Assembly (NCBI RefSeq): GCF_009914755.1
Contig: NC_060925.1
DNA: 64,000 bases
Direction: 5' to 3' (one strand)
Source: the human T2T-CHM13v2.0 reference genome, Homo sapiens
In this document: piece after piece, positions 40,250-54,289 of the stretch
Numbering within the stretch: the first letter of the stretch is position 1
Layout of the letters: the number at the start of each line of letters is the position of its first letter
Translations under genes and position numbers: made by a program
The notes under the pieces: generated by a model
Database searches by the model: none
What the model was told of the DNA's origin: nothing
Seen by the model: the letters and a program-made list of their open reading frames with translations, nothing else

Positions 40250-42250
40250 CGCTAAAATAATTAAACTTACAAACTTAAAAAAATTGATTAGCATCTGTTG
40301 TCAATCTAGAAATTATTGTATTCACAAATTATTTTTGGAAATAAAATTATTTCTTAAGAGTAATGTCTCTGATAACTGAAAATGTCTTTATATTGGCTAT
40401 GTGAACATTAGAAAGTAATATAAATCATATGCACCCATATATTTTAATTCATTCACAGTATCCCCCTGATGGATTCATTTTTTCAGTATAGTCTTATTTT
40501 TTTCCATTCAATTGCCTGCACATTCTTCAAGTTGTTTTTTTTTTTTTTTTTGCTTAATAAATTCAATTTGATTTTTGTTTAAGAGCAAAATATTTTTAAT
40601 TGAGAAAACTCTACCAGTATGTGGTCAGCTCAGGAAATTCTGTTAAATGGGAATATTTATAATTTTTATTTTTATGTATTAAAATATGTATAGCCCCAAT
40701 ATTTTCATGGATATAATCATTTTTTTCCCATTTAGAAAAGCTTTGACAAATATTTTTATAACTCATCCAATAGACTCTTACGTCACCAAATTTAGATGTT
40801 TCAAAAGTATAAGTATTCTCAGTGTTGTATTCCAGTACAGAATACACATCTATCCAATTAGAAATAGTAGCTCCAGCAAAAGATCCTTTCCCCAAGTCAA
40901 GATATATCAAAGTGCAATTATAGAATTTCAAAGTTAAATGTTGCTGACTGTTTGAGTTCTCATTATCTAAGTTGTTTGGTTTCTCCCTTGCTTATATGGA
41001 GATACATTTCAATCTCTTTCTGTTTTTAAGCTTTGTTTTCTATTATTGCAATTCACTTAGGGTTTCAAAAGCTGGTTTTTTAATGCTTTTTCTTTGAATG
41101 ATTAATGAAAAAATGCAATCACAATTTAAAGTGGTAATTTACAAATGACTCTGAAGTTGATTTACATAGCTCTTCCCAGGCTCAAACATTTCTAAAATCC
41201 AATTGATAATAGGACAGCAAAGAGCTCAGTCATGTTTTTATAAATATACAAATTATAGATATGAATTACTATAGATATGAATTATTATTCATTTCTGTAT
41301 TTGTGAGAACCTGAAAGAGCCAATACCTTAAGATGAATCCTGAGTGGCTAACTGGGCCTGATTTTAAAATGGAACCAAGGGGCCATTTGCTGAATAGAGG
41401 TCACACCCATACTCTGAGGTCCCAGAAAACCCTCACGGCTGCTTAACTTTGGGAATTTCATGGCCGATTGTTCCTGTTCACATCACCTGAACCAACCAGT
41501 CAGAACTCCACTGCTTCTACCAATCAGACCTGAGCAAGTTTGAATCCTTACTTTGCATAAACAGAACTGATAGGAAACCTGGACAGGAACTATGTATAAA
41601 AGCCAAATCCTGCCTTTGTTCTCTTTTGTGTAAAGCCCTCATTTTTACAGGGAAGGAAGCATCTCCCCTGGTTTGCAAACTGTTCTGTCGAATGAAGTTT
41701 TGCTTCTGAATTCTTTCTCAGAAAAAAATTTGTTCATTTCATATTCAACATTGTCTTTGCTAATTTCTCTGAAAATATTGATACATTTTGATAACTACAG
41801 ATTCTATTTCAATTGTAGAATATGACAATGAGAATACAAGTGTAAATTATGTGTGTACCAAAATCAATTTCAAATACATTTGCATATCACCATAGATTTC
41901 TCAATTTAGTAAAAATATTATTTGCTATAATGGAATATTCTACCAAAATTATTCTTATGACCACCACAAAAATACTTTTGTCTTCAATATTTAACTTTTT
42001 GTAAAAGTTTTGTAAAAGAATTAGATATTTCATTTTTGTCAGAGTGAACTAAAATTTTTACTTTGATTCTATACATTTGATTTTAAAATTGCCCATTGAG
42101 ATTATTTATTTCTATTTGTAACATCACACTTATGTAACTATTTGCAAAATTTTGCTTTTGTTCATAGAGACACTATATTAATAGTTATTATTTCACCTTT
42201 ATGCAAGTACAAGAAAACCTTGAGTTAAATAGGAACAAAATTATCTTAAA
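40250..42250. mobile_element. Probable decayed hAT (Tip100/Zaphod-like) DNA transposon relic
   Basis: Very AT-rich; 40820-40910 translates with a frameshift to a sequence resembling the hAT dimerisation motif (..SAERSFSKLK). Confidence 0.4.
41302..41736 (+). mobile_element. ERV1 solo LTR (MER92/MER57 group)
   Basis: AAGATGAATCCTGAGTGGCTAACTGGGCCT..CCAATCAG..TATAAAAGCC..TGTTCA; higher-GC block within AT-rich flanks. Confidence 0.7.
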
Positions 42251-43374
42251 AAAAGAATCTGATAGAGCCAGTCCCTGAAGATGAATGAGAAGTCATGCTT
42301 CACAGAATGTTATAGAGAAGTACTTTCTACAGCTGTGCATGTGGACTTCAGGTAGAGGTTTTTAAATATTCTCTTGAAAGAACAATTAAGTTGTGAAATA
42401 AGTTATTATGATCTTTCTGCAGATTTGTGTATCCTGATGTTCATGAGTTCAGTAATATCACTATGGCCCCTATGGAAGACAAGAAATGTTGCAAAATGTT
42501 TTGTAAATGTTTCATGTTCAACTTTTTTGAGAAGTGGGAATTTAATACATAATTTTTCATTAAACATGCACTTTCATTCTTGATTGCTGCTGAAATGTTT
42601 ATCACAAAATATGACAAGACCATTGTAGCATGTGTGTTTACTCTGCTGGATATATAATCTACCTCAGGACTGCTCAGCTGGTTTTTTTCCTTTGCACATA
42701 CTTTATTTACACTTAATCCATAATTTCACAAGCTTCCCGCTTACCCCACGGACTAGTAGCCTGGAAGATTTGTGCATCTGAAAGCCCAAGGCAAGGGCCA
42801 CAGCACAACTTCAAATGGCTGATAGGGAAAGCGGAATGAATTTTCTGCCACCACTACCTGGGACCGAAAGGAGTTAGCTAACTCTAACCAATCATGTCTG
42901 AGTGTAGTTTATTTTATCAGTGAGTACCCAGCAAACTGTTGTTGAAGGAGAACATTTGATTTACCTTGCATCTGAAAAATGTCAGGAAAAAATTACTGTA
43001 TGAGTTATTGTGATTCTTTCCTATTTCATCATGTGCTAAAGTGAGAACTTTTCCCATGCATACTTGGCAAGAGCATGGCAGAAGCTTGATGTACAAAGTG
43101 GTTTTCTGTCAGATCCATCTCAGGGCATTTTAATGTAACTACTAAGAACATTTTTTTAAAAATGAAAAGTCCAGGGCAAGTCCTAAAATAGATGGGATGC
43201 TAAGACAACCAAAATATACTAGAAATTTCTCAGGCAAATTAAGATATATAATACTTTTTACAGAACTATAAAGACCTAGATATTATACTTTTCTCTCAAA
43301 TAAGAAGATTGTCTTCAAACATATTTGCTTTATTAAAATTATGCTGATAATTTCCCAAGTATCAGTCACTTAAT

Positions 43375-43712
43375 CTCTATTCTTTTATTCCCAGTAAAAA
43401 TCAAATCATAAATAAAATTTAAAGAATAATTTTAGCAAACTAATGATAGGAAGGAAACTCCTCAATCTGGTAAAAGGTATCTATGAAAAACACAGAGTTA
43501 ATATCATACTTGGTGAACAAATATTGAATGTCTTTCCTAGAAGATCAGGAACTAGGCAAAGAGGTCACTCTCATTAGTTCTACTCAATATTTTACTGAAG
43601 CTCCTAGTCATTGCAATAAAGCATGAAAAAGAAATAGAAGCATAAATGCTAGTAAGGGAAAAGAAAACTATCTCTATTTGTAGTTGACATTAATGATGGT
43701 ATAGAAAATCCA
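43375..43712 (+). mobile_element. L1M ORF2 RT-domain fragment
   Basis: AAGATCAGGAACTAGGCAAAGA..CTCTATTTGTAGTTGACAT (decayed RQGCPLS and LFADD regions). Confidence 0.8.
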
Positions 43713-43849
43713 ATTTCATGTTACCAGACAACTCTATTTGTGAGGCATGTGATACTTTGTTTCGAACATGGTTATTGACTCTTATGTGTATGGTATGGAC
43801 TCTACTAGGACCTTACTAGGGAACCCCAGAGGAAGGAGTGAGATCACCA

Positions 43850-44082
43850 CGATAGGATTAGTGTCCTTATAAGAGGAGGAGACCAGAGCTCACGTGTCTA
43901 CCATATGAGGATACATTGAGAAGGCAGCTGCCTGCAAGCCAGGATGAGGGCCCTCCCCAGGAAATAAATCTGCCAGCACTTTGATCTTAGATTTCCCAAC
44001 CTCTAGAACTATGAGAAATAATATCTGTTGTTTAAGTCACCCAGTCTAAGAGTTTGTTATACCCACCCAAGTGGACTAAGAC
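43850..44082 (+). mobile_element. MLT1A/MST-type LTR, 3' half
   Basis: GGATTAGTGTCCTTATAAGAG..TTTAAGTCACCCAGTCT..GGACTAAGACA. Confidence 0.8.
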
Positions 44083-45214
44083 AGTAGCTATTACAAACCA
44101 GATGAGAAAACAGATCACCCAGCAAATTGAGTAATAGCCAAAACTAGAACTTAGCTTGCTTGACCCCCAAACCTCAGGTTCAATATGCCAGGCTCCACCA
44201 TCTTTTGCCCAGTGGTGTATCTGAAAGGGAGTTCTTTCTCTCACAGAAGGTGTGTGGAAAAGGACAAACCATCTCTATGGGTAGCCATTTTCTCCCTTCA
44301 CAATGTGGAAAATTTAAACCCTTTAGACAGACAGCCTGCCTGCACACTCAGGAGACAAACAGATCCTGGCAAGCTCTTTGCTCCAAAATCACCCTTCTCC
44401 AGTTACACTCCCCCAGGTTCCTCGATTAGCAGGCCCCGGCAGCTTCTCTCCACCGAGCCAGTCTGGGGTTGAGGCCTAATGCATCACAGGTGGGTTCTGG
44501 CTCCAAACTCATTCCAGATGGTCTCACAGTCTATGCTTCCCTGCAACTCATTAAATTTTGGCTATCTTGGGATCACTAATGATGCTGAAGGGCTATGAGG
44601 ATGGCAGAGACATATTCTGAAACCAGGACCTTTGAGAGGCATTGTATATTGGAGCACCCACCATAATATATGCATTCACAGGGAGCAAGCATATGCTGAC
44701 CTTGACTCTCAGAGGTCACTGTGAGGGGCTTATGAATTTGACATTGTGAATGGTCTGTCTACTTGGGTCACAGAACGAGTATAAAGGGATCAACTGTGCT
44801 GTTACAGAAAATAGCTCTATTGCCTCTGGGCTCTAGAGAGAGTAAGGATATATCCTTGAACCCTAGTAATTGCTGTACCAGTTATTCCTTGAGAGGAGGA
44901 CATGCTTGGGCAATTGTTTAGGGGCACGGGGTGAGCCTCATGGATTTTAACCCTTTTACAGCCATATCCCTTCAGAAGAGGGTAATATTCTGTTAATTGC
45001 ATCTTCATATAAGAAAAAGCTATGTTCTACAAAACAATTTTTGGCTTATTTTCTAGCTGGAAGGCTGCCCAAAGCATATACTAGAAGTTGAGCAAATAGC
45101 AGATTATTCAAGAGATATAAGTTTATGATATGGTTTTGGGAAAAAAAAGCAAAACACACTTGAAATTATCTATGTTTTGGTGTCTTAAGAGCTCAGGTAT
45201 AAAAATCTTATCAA

Positions 45215-45800
45215 GAGACAAGAATATAACATTTAGAGCCAATCATCCTTGGAATTCAATCTCAATCCCATCATAAGCTTGGATAATTTGTTGGAGAAAC
45301 TATTCACTTTTCTGACAGCCATTATCTGTGAAATTGGGATAATATCAACATAAAAGGGTGTGCACTGGTTTTGTTTACTTTCTCACTTGTGTATTTTTCA
45401 TTGTCATGAATTCATGCATTTGTTAGTTCATTCCCCTAGTATCTTTTCTGTCCCAGGCACCATGTTAAGTTATACAAGAAATCCAGTCTAGGAAACAAAA
45501 CTGATGTTTAACACAATTCAACAATGTGTTGAGCACTCACTATGCACCAGTTGCTGTGCTAGGCAACGGGCAGAGAGTGGTAGACGACCCAATGACTGTC
45601 CTCATGGGGGTTAGGGTTTAGTAGGTAGTAAACAATATTGTATAATGTGATTGCTGCTTCAACTATATGTTCTGGTACACTGGAACATGGAAGGGCATAG
45701 TTGTCTTTACTTGACTGGTTCACTAAGGACCACCAAGGAGAAGACAGTGGATCTGGGTTCTTAGGAGGAGTGATAGGAAGGATCTGGGCAGGAAGAAGTT
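45215..45800. mobile_element. MIR (+) followed by L2 (-) fragments
   Basis: ATCTGTGAAATTGGGATAATA (MIR); ATTCAACAATGTGTTGAGCACTCACTATGCACCAG (L2 3' end, antisense). Confidence 0.55.
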
Positions 45801-48037
45801 TATGTTGGGGCCAGTCTAGAAGAAACCAGTAGCATATATAGATACATTCCTAAAGTTATCCTATTTTCCTATTTCTTAAACTCTCAAAATATATATTACT
45901 AGTCCCAGAGTTTTCAAAAATATATTACTGTCTATACTTTTCTGTGCCATTCATATGTTCACTACCAGACATAGCAATTTTTAATACTCCATGTTTTACT
46001 CCTGAAAAAAAAATAAAACAAAAAGAAAAACAAAATAATTACAAGCATTGGTCATGTTGAAATTCCTTTCAACCACTGTGGCAGGAATTGCTAGTTGCTT
46101 ACCTGAATCCATTTTTTCTTTCTGCCTTATAAGCAGAACACTGACTTATTTCTGGCTACAAGACTGCATTTTGTTTTGGCTTCTCTTTGGGTAGGGGAGA
46201 TGGTTGGCAATGAGATGGTTGTTTTATTTTTAAGTTTCTTAATGTGGGTTAAGAAACAGGGTTTTCTGGGGATTTGTTTTGCAGGAGGAGTCATAAGTTT
46301 ATAATATATGACATTGGATATAGACCTAAGTAAATATAACATGAGTCTACCATGAGCCTGGGTCTGCAATAAGTGTGTATCAACTCTTCATGCGTATTAC
46401 GTTTTCATCTCAATGCAAGCTGCTTCCTGTTTTCACTGTTCACTCACCCAAGGCCCTACAGTTTATTAGGGACAGGAATAAGGTTCAAACTTTAGTTTAT
46501 TCCACTACAAATTGGAATTGACAGGAGTAGGAATAGTGGGACTTGAGACAGTATATGCAAAGCACACAGCATTGGTCTTTGAATGTAGTTGGTGCTGAAT
46601 CTAAGTTTCCTTCGCCATTTCCCCTTTACTTTTTCGTATACCTGACTGCAGCAATATCGAAACAAGCCTGTTGACAATCAGCGTGAATTCTTTGTAGAAT
46701 GTGTGTGTATTGTGTACTCACACACATAGATGAGGGAAAGCGGTGGTTCAGAGAACATTGCATAGGTATCAAGATGCAATGCAGGGTCTTGTGTTTATTT
46801 GGACTGCAACAGAGGATATGTCAGCATCTCGTTACCTGGCCTGGAGAGTGGACCTTTTGATTGGGTCCTGGTTTCAATACCCATTATGAAATCAAGTTTG
46901 GCCCGTGAGCCAGGCGCCTTTTTATTCATGTTTGTCTTTGCAGTTTCTATTGCATATATCTCCCTGATGTCTGGGCTTCTGTACAATGTAAAAATCATGA
47001 TCAAACAGCCTGAGGATCAGCTACTAGGCAAGACTCAAACAAGCCACATATGTGTATGGTTCCCATCCATCCATACATACATATATGCAATATAAAGTTG
47101 TTCTCAATAAAAGCATGAGGAAAAACTAGTAGCAGAAGTAGTCAGGGGTGAGTGTTGTGAGAACAAGGCATTTGGCAGCTGCTGGAAGCCTGACCACACT
47201 TCTGTGTATGTCCACACCTGTAGAATCTGCCATTGCTTGCTCCTAGTTTCATTCCAGTGCTCATGCTTGCCATTTCCTGCCTCTCTGTATTTACCCCTGC
47301 TGTCCCCTCCTCCTGGGATGTCACTCTCTAACTCATACACCTTTCAAGACTTTGTTAAAGCTCAATGATCTCTAGCAGCAGTTTAGATAGATTGTCTCTC
47401 TGCTAAATCATGAACTACTGGATAGAAGAGATAATATGTTTTAGTGATTGCAATTCCAAAGCACAAGAAACCACAAAACCCCAAAACATATAATATGCAT
47501 ACCTAAGGATTTTATTTTAATGTAATGAAATGCTGGTATTAATAAGAGTATTTCATAAGAATATTCATAAAACTTAAAAACAAGTAAGATGGAATATTTG
47601 ATACTTTTAAAATATTTTTATACGCATAGTAAAAATCAAGTTAAAATAATGCTAAACACACACCATTCTAAAACATTGGATAAAAGCAAGCTAAACACTG
47701 CACACGAAAATTCATAAAAACTTAATATTGTACTTTTAAAACTCAGATTTCATTTAAGAACAGTATCAATTTCATATTGGCTGGATAGGCAGTGTTTGAG
47801 GAGATTACTATCTTGCATTTTATTGGTTCTTATAATTCTGATGCAGAAAAACATGGATCAAAGCAAAGGGCTGGATGACTTGAAGATAGATGAGCTGTTT
47901 TATAACCAAGAATTGTCAAATGCATCTTCTGGGAATAACAAGTTTTGATATTTAAACATTTTTCAAGTAAGTTCAATTTTTCAGTTTCTTTGCTGTCCGT
48001 TTTGTATTCTACTTGCTTCGAAATCTTTCATCTGGAG

Positions 48038-48227
48038 CAAGGTTGTCCAACCTGTGGCCCAAGACAGCTTTGAATACATCTCAACACAAATTTGTAAGCT
48101 TTAAAACATTGAGTTTTTTGCAATTTTTTTTTTAGTTCATCAGCTATCATTAGTGTATTTTATACATGACCCAAGACAATAATTCTCCCACTGTGGCCCA
48201 GGGAAGCCAAAAGATTGGATACCCCTG
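48038..48227. mobile_element. MER30 (hAT-Charlie MITE)
   Basis: Terminal inverted repeats CAAGGTTGTCCAA / TTGGATACCCCTG; 8-bp TSD ATCTGGAG / ATCTAGAG. Confidence 0.92.
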
Positions 48228-48251
48228 ATCTAGAGTAAGAAACATGCTTGC

Positions 48252-48279
48252 TGTTAGGTTCTCTGGAGAAACAGAAGAG

Positions 48280-48316
<37 letters not shown>

Positions 48317-48599
48317 GTGTGTATATATATATGTATATATACACACACACACACACACACACATATATACATACACATAATACACACACAGAGGATTTTC
48401 CCTTCCTCTGCTTTTTGTTCTATTTAGGTCCTACATGGATGGAATGATGCACACTCACATTGAGGAGGGCTATCTGCTTTACCCAGTCTGCTACTTCAAA
48501 TGCTAATCTTCTCCAGAAACACAGACACGAGGTTTAATGAAATTACCTGGGCACCCCATGGTGACCAATCAAATTGGCATGTAAAATTTAGCCATCATA
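48252..48599 (-). mobile_element. MLT2 solo LTR, internally shortened, containing a microsatellite
   Basis: GGTTCTCTGGAGAAACAGAA..CACATTGAGGAGGGC..GTAAAATTTAGCCATCA. Confidence 0.8.
48279..48390. repeat. Compound (TA)n(TG)n(CA)n microsatellite
   Basis: Directly visible alternating purine-pyrimidine tract. Confidence 0.95.
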
Positions 48600-51500
48600 C
48601 CTGCAGTAGAATAATTTTCATAAGTTGTCATTTCTTCTTCCTCACCATCTCTTGCAGATTAAGGAAACACTACATGTTCTAAATGACCATGACTGTTGAA
48701 TTTGAAGTTTAAATGTATATAGCTGTATTAGGAGTCTCCAGAGGAAAATAACCAATGGAATATACACAGAGATATTTAAAGAGATAATAGGCATTGGCTT
48801 ACATGGTTATGGAGACTAGGTTGTCCCATGATCTGCTGTTGGTAAGCTGGAAAACTAGGAAAGCTGGTGATGTAATTCAACCTGAATCTAAAGGCCTGTG
48901 AGTTGGGAGGTCAATGGGAATACCGATGTCTGAGGTCTGAAGGCAGGAGAAAATGGACATCTCAACTTAAGCAGAGAGCCAATTTGCTCTCCCTCTGCCT
49001 TTTTCTGTTCAGACTTTCAATGGATTAGATGATGCCCATCAACATGGTGAAGGGCCTTTCTACTTTACTCAGTTGATCAGTTAGATTGCTGATCTCTTCT
49101 AGAGACACCTTCACAGATATACCTAGAAAACATGTTTTGTTAGCTATCTGGTCACCCTTTAGCTCAGTCAAGTTGACACATAAAATTAACATCACAAGTC
49201 TACCCTTTGTCAACTTGGCACTTAGACATCTCTTTACCATGCCATACAAACCATAGTTTCCAAATAAACATAATAAGGTCAGAATTCTAACATGATGTAA
49301 TCCTGTGTACAACCTAAAATTAATCCCTTCTCCCCAAAAGGAAAAATTCTGAATAATGTTTAATCTGTTATCCTATACTTAGATACTATGATGTAAAATT
49401 AGCAATATTAAATACTAATAAAGTCAATGTCTTATGTTACGTAACAGAATGAAAGAAAGATATTTGCTTAATATGTATCTATATATATATATATACACAA
49501 ATGTATATATAACAAAATGAGAAAACATTTGTGACAATTACAGTCCTCATTTCTATAACTGGCCACATGGTTGTAGCTGGTATTTATAACTTCTTCTACC
49601 ACCCATTCTGCATTCTCTTTGCCTTCAGCAACAATCTCAACTGGTCAGTTATTTGCTTTTCAGGGTGACCCAAACCTTCATTCTTGAAAGGTCTGGGTCA
49701 CTTTTCCTGACAATTCCTGTCTGTATTGGGTTATAGTTTCCTATTGATGTTAACAAAAGAACTTGGTAATACTAAAAGACACCCTAGGGGGTTTCCTGTA
49801 TCCCAGACATTCTACTTTACCTCAGCTGTGGAGTAGTAGAGTTCAATTTCCTTTTGGTAGTCCATATCAATCACCCCAGCCCACATAACTCCTTTCTTTT
49901 ACTGTTGACTCAGAGGCAGGAGGAGTCCAAAGTGGCCAGGTGGCAATCTTAACTTGCAGTTCAAAGGAATTATGGTTGGGTCTCCTGGTGGAAGCATTTT
50001 CCCCCCTCTGGAACTAAGATCTCTAGGCCAGCAGAGCATAAAGTTGGAACAGGAAGCAAAAGTTTTGCTAGTAAATGAGAGGTGCCACTCTATTTCTACC
50101 CCCTTGATTCCTGGCTATCAGAAATAGCACCATATATTGGACACTGATTCAGAGAGTATACAGTCTCTGGAGAACCCCAACTCTGCAAGGTATTCCAACC
50201 TAGTTAGCCCCACCATCCTGTGAAGCCAGCTGCTTCACGATAATGAGGAACATGGTAAGATCAGTTAATTCGATGAGCATGGGCCAATTGCCTCACTTCT
50301 TTTCTGTGATGTGAGTTCCTTGATAAGCTTCTGTGTGGAGTATCATTATGGTGGATGAGGCATTTTGTAAGTCTACAGATAATTTTGGCAGAAGCATTGT
50401 GTTCAGGGAAGGCAAATCCATATCCAGAGTAAATGTCTACTCTGTAAGAACAAAATGCTGCCCATTTCATGATGGAAGAGATCCAATGTAATCAACCTTG
50501 CCACACTAGGTGGCTGGCTGATCACTTCAAGAAATGGTGCCAAATTGGAGGCTCAGTATCATCTTTAGCTGCTATCAGATCGGCATTCAGCAAGTCAGCC
50601 TTGGTGAGTGGAAGTCCACATTGCCGAGCCCACGCATAGCCTCTATCTCTGCCACTATGACCATTTTTTTAAAATGAGACCATTGGGCAAAGAGGTAGTT
50701 GGGGAAAAAGACTGATAAAATGACCCATTCTGTGAGCACCAATCACGTTATTAAAATCCTTCTCTGTTGAGGTCACTTTGAGAATTCACATGGGACACAA
50801 ATATTGCATTTTGTCCATTCAGAGAGGTCTATTGACACACCTCTTCCAAGTTTGTCAGTTTTCTAGTCATGTTTTCTTCCAACTCTGAATTATTGTCTAC
50901 AGCTCATTAATTGGTATAGCATATCTGGCCATTTCTTCTGAGCAAAGTCCACAACCAGGTACGGTGCCCAAATTTCTGCCCACTGGCAGGGTTTCCCTTT
51001 ACTACTGTTCTTTATGTATATTCCAGAGAGAGCCTGTAGTACTGCCCCTGTTCACTTTCAGGCAGCTCCCACATTTTATATAGAACCATCTGCAAATGAG
51101 GCACAAATCTGTTCCTCTGTCAATTGATCATCGGGAACTCCCATGAGGCCATAGGTGCAGGCTGGGAGAGAGAGGCAGTATAGCCTGAGTTGGGACTACA
51201 AGCATTTGGGCCACTTCTTTATATAACCTACTTGTACCTTCAGGGCCTTCTTGAGCCTGATTACACACATATAACTTCCACTTAATGTAGCAGTGCTGTG
51301 CACACCTAACTTTATGGCTTGATGAGTCAGATAACTAGTGTATAATGGTAAGCTCAGTTGCAATGGAAACTTGGTGACTCATGGTCAAGTGTTCTATTTC
51401 TATTAAGACCCAGTAGCAGTCCAAAAGACATCTATCAAAAGGAGAGTAGTTATCTGTAGATGATGGCAGGGCTTTGTTCCAAAATCCTAAAGGCTTATGT

Positions 51501-52481
51501 TGCAAATCACCAATAATGCCCCACCAACGGCTCCAAACAGCATCTTTCTCCATTGGCATTTCAAGCACCATAGGATCCGCTGGATCACATGGCCCAAGTC
51601 TCAGAACAGCTTGCACAGCTGCGTGGACCTATTGCAGAGCCTTTTAAAAAATTCTGGGCCTCACTCCAAACTGGCAGCTTTTCCATTAATGTGGTGAATG
51701 GGCTGGAGTAACATGTCCAAATGACAGACACATTGTTTTCAAGATCCAGACAGGTCCATTAGACATTGTACCTCTCTCTTGCTTGTGAGAGGGGCCAGAT
51801 ACAATAACTTATTCTTCACCTTAGAAGGGATATCTTGATATACAACTGCAACTCTAAAGCTTTCCCTGAGGTAGAAGGCCCCTGAATTGTAGTTGGATTT
51901 ATTTCTCACCTTCTGGTATGTAAATGTTTTACCAATAAGTTTAGGATAGTTGCTAATTCTTGCTCATTAGGTCAGCATGTCAATGTAATGAACAAATGGA
52001 ATGCCCTGTAGAAGGGAAAGGTGGTCAAGATCCCTGGAAACCAAATTATAACACAGGGCAAAAGAGTTGATATACCCCTGAGGTAGGACAGTGAAGGTAT
52101 ATTTCTGGCCTTGCCAGCTGAAAGGAAACTGTTTCTGGTATGAACAGGTATGGATAAAAAGGACAGGTAAATAACCGTATACCAGGTACCAGGGGATGTG
52201 TTAATTGGCTGAAGCAATGAAATCACATCTGGTATAGCAGCTACAATTGGAGTTACCACTTGATTAAGCTTACAGTAACCTACTGTTATTCTCCAAGATC
52301 TTCTGTATAGGCTAAGTAGAGTGGAATGGGGATGTGGTGGGAATCACTATCCCTGCATCTTTCAAGTTGTCGATGGTGGCACTAATCTCTGCAATACCAT
52401 CAGGGATGCCACATTGCTTTTAATGCACTATTTTCCTAGGTAGAGGCAGTTACAATGGCTTCTACTTGACCTTGTCCATCA

Positions 52482-53245
52482 AGTTACGGACAGGTCTTTG
52501 TTCTTAGAGCTCCCCAGATGTGGTGGGCCGCTCCCAAGATGGGGGCAGGCCTTTTGTTCTCTGACCTGGGGTTCTTGGCCTCATGGATTCCAAGGAATGG
52601 AACCTTGGGCCATGCGGTGAGTGTTATAGCTCTGTTAGAAGCCGTGGGTCACGGAAGAGAACCATGGAACCCAGCAACTAGTATTCAGCTCGATTAGAAT
52701 GAACCCTGGGCCCTTAGCCATGCAGGAACAATGGTGAGCCTCTAGCCTGATCAGGAATGGCAATGGGCACCTCACTAGATCAGAAGCACAGCGGACACCC
52801 TGCCGCATCGGAGGGGTGGAAGTCAACAGCGGGTGTGCGACGGCGGCAAACAGCAGTGGTGGATGGCGAGTGAAAGCTCAGCTTAAGCCATAAGAAACAT
52901 GGACCAGAAGAGAGTGTAATTGCAAGATTTAATAGAGTGAACATAGAGCTCCCATACAATGGGAGGGGACCCAAAGGGGGTTGCCCACCCCTGGCTCGAA
53001 TGCCTGGGGTTTATATCCCAATCATTGTCTCTCCCTCTGTGTTCTCAGGTGATAGATGATTGACTGTTTCTTTTACCTCCTGCCTTTAGCTTAATTGGTA
53101 TTTTAGTGAGCCGCTCTTTACTACCTGATTGGTCGGGTGTGAACTGAGTTACAAGCCCCGTGTTTAAAGATGGGTGTGGTCACCTTCCCAGCTAGGCTTA
53201 GGAATTCTTTGTCGGCCTAGGAAATCCAGCTAGTCCTGTCTCTCA
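52482..53245 (-). mobile_element. LTR17, 3' LTR
   Basis: Preceded by PPT GTTGAGGGGGCTAC; contains CCAAT, GATATAAA and ATTAAA signals on the minus strand. Confidence 0.93.
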
Positions 53246-53259
53246 GTAGCCCCCTCAAC

Positions 53260-53529
53260 ATGAAAACTCAAGTGCTATTGGGGAGGTTGGCTGATGATTG
53301 CTCTAACTGCTTCCTGCTGAATTGGGGTGTAGTAGGGGTTGTGCAGTTGAGATTTCCTCAGGAGGAGTGCCTTCGATGTCATCAACAACAGAGCATGGGC
53401 TAGCAAGTCGGTCCAGGGGTCTGTGGTAGATCTTAGTCATGGGCTGCATCTGGGGCTCCATTTGAAGAAAGATTTGTAGTTTTACAGCTTTGATTCTGGA
53501 AGAGACAAACTTAACAAGGAGGTTAAAGA
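53260..53529 (-). pseudogene. env: HERV-W env C-terminal remnant (end of TM plus cytoplasmic tail)
   Basis: TGTATCTTTAACCTCCTTGTTAAGTTTGTCTCTTCCAGAATCAAAGCTGTAAAACTA encodes CIFNLLVKFVSSRIKAVKL. Confidence 0.88.
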
Positions 53530-54240
53530 TACAGGGATGCAGAAAAAGGCATCCTTAAGGTTCAGGACTATAAACAACTCTGCTTCCTCTGGTATTTGGG
53601 AAAGCAGAGTATAAGGGTTAGGTACAGCTGGGTATAGAGTGACAACAGCCTCATTGATAATCCTGAGATCTTGCACTAACCTCCACTGTCCGTTGGGTTT
53701 CGGTACTCCTAAACTTGGAGTATTGCAGGGGCTATTGCATGGTTTCACTAGGCCTCGGGCTTTTAGGTCCTTAATCTTTTGGAGTCCTTGTTGGGCCTCG
53801 GGTCTAAGGGTGTACTGCCTTTGGTAGGTAAAGGAGGTGGAATTCTTTAGTATAACTTGAACAGGATAGGCATTCTTTGCTTGTCCATATTGTCCTTCTG
53901 TTACCCAGACTTCAGGATTAATTCCTTCCTTAAGCAGGGGACAACAAACGGGTGTTCCTTTTCCTATGTTCAGGTGTATAATGGCCTCTGCTTTTGCTAG
54001 AATGTCTCTCCTTAACAAAGGAGTGGGGCTTTCAGGCATAATTAGAAAGGCATTTGAAAAGAGTAAAGTTCCCCAGTCACAACTTAGTGACTGGGAGAAG
54101 TATCTAGTGACTGCCTGTCCTAGGACCCCTCGAATAGTGACAGATCTGGAGGACAGTTGTCCAGAATAGGAGAGTAAGACTGAGAAGGCTGTGCCAGTGT
54201 CCAGAAGACAGTTAACCTCCTGACCCTCAATGGTCAAGTA
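53530..54240 (-). pseudogene. pol: HERV-W protease and RT N-terminus (open frame up to the deletion)
   Basis: LLDTGTAFSV aspartic protease motif; WRLVQDLR and LKDAFFCIPV RT motifs; ends before the YxDD motif. Confidence 0.92.
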
Positions 54241-54289
54241 TACCCAGGGCTCTGTGAGGGTGATGACATGGGCTGGCGCTTGCCCTGGT

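Noticed and set aside
47700-48030. Possible piggyBac-like transposase relic on the minus strand
   Set aside because: The resemblance is too weak to support by eye and needs a Dfam search.
53260-53529. Syncytin-1 (ERVW-1)-like env gene
   Set aside because: Only the last part of TM and the cytoplasmic tail remain; SU and the fusion peptide are deleted.
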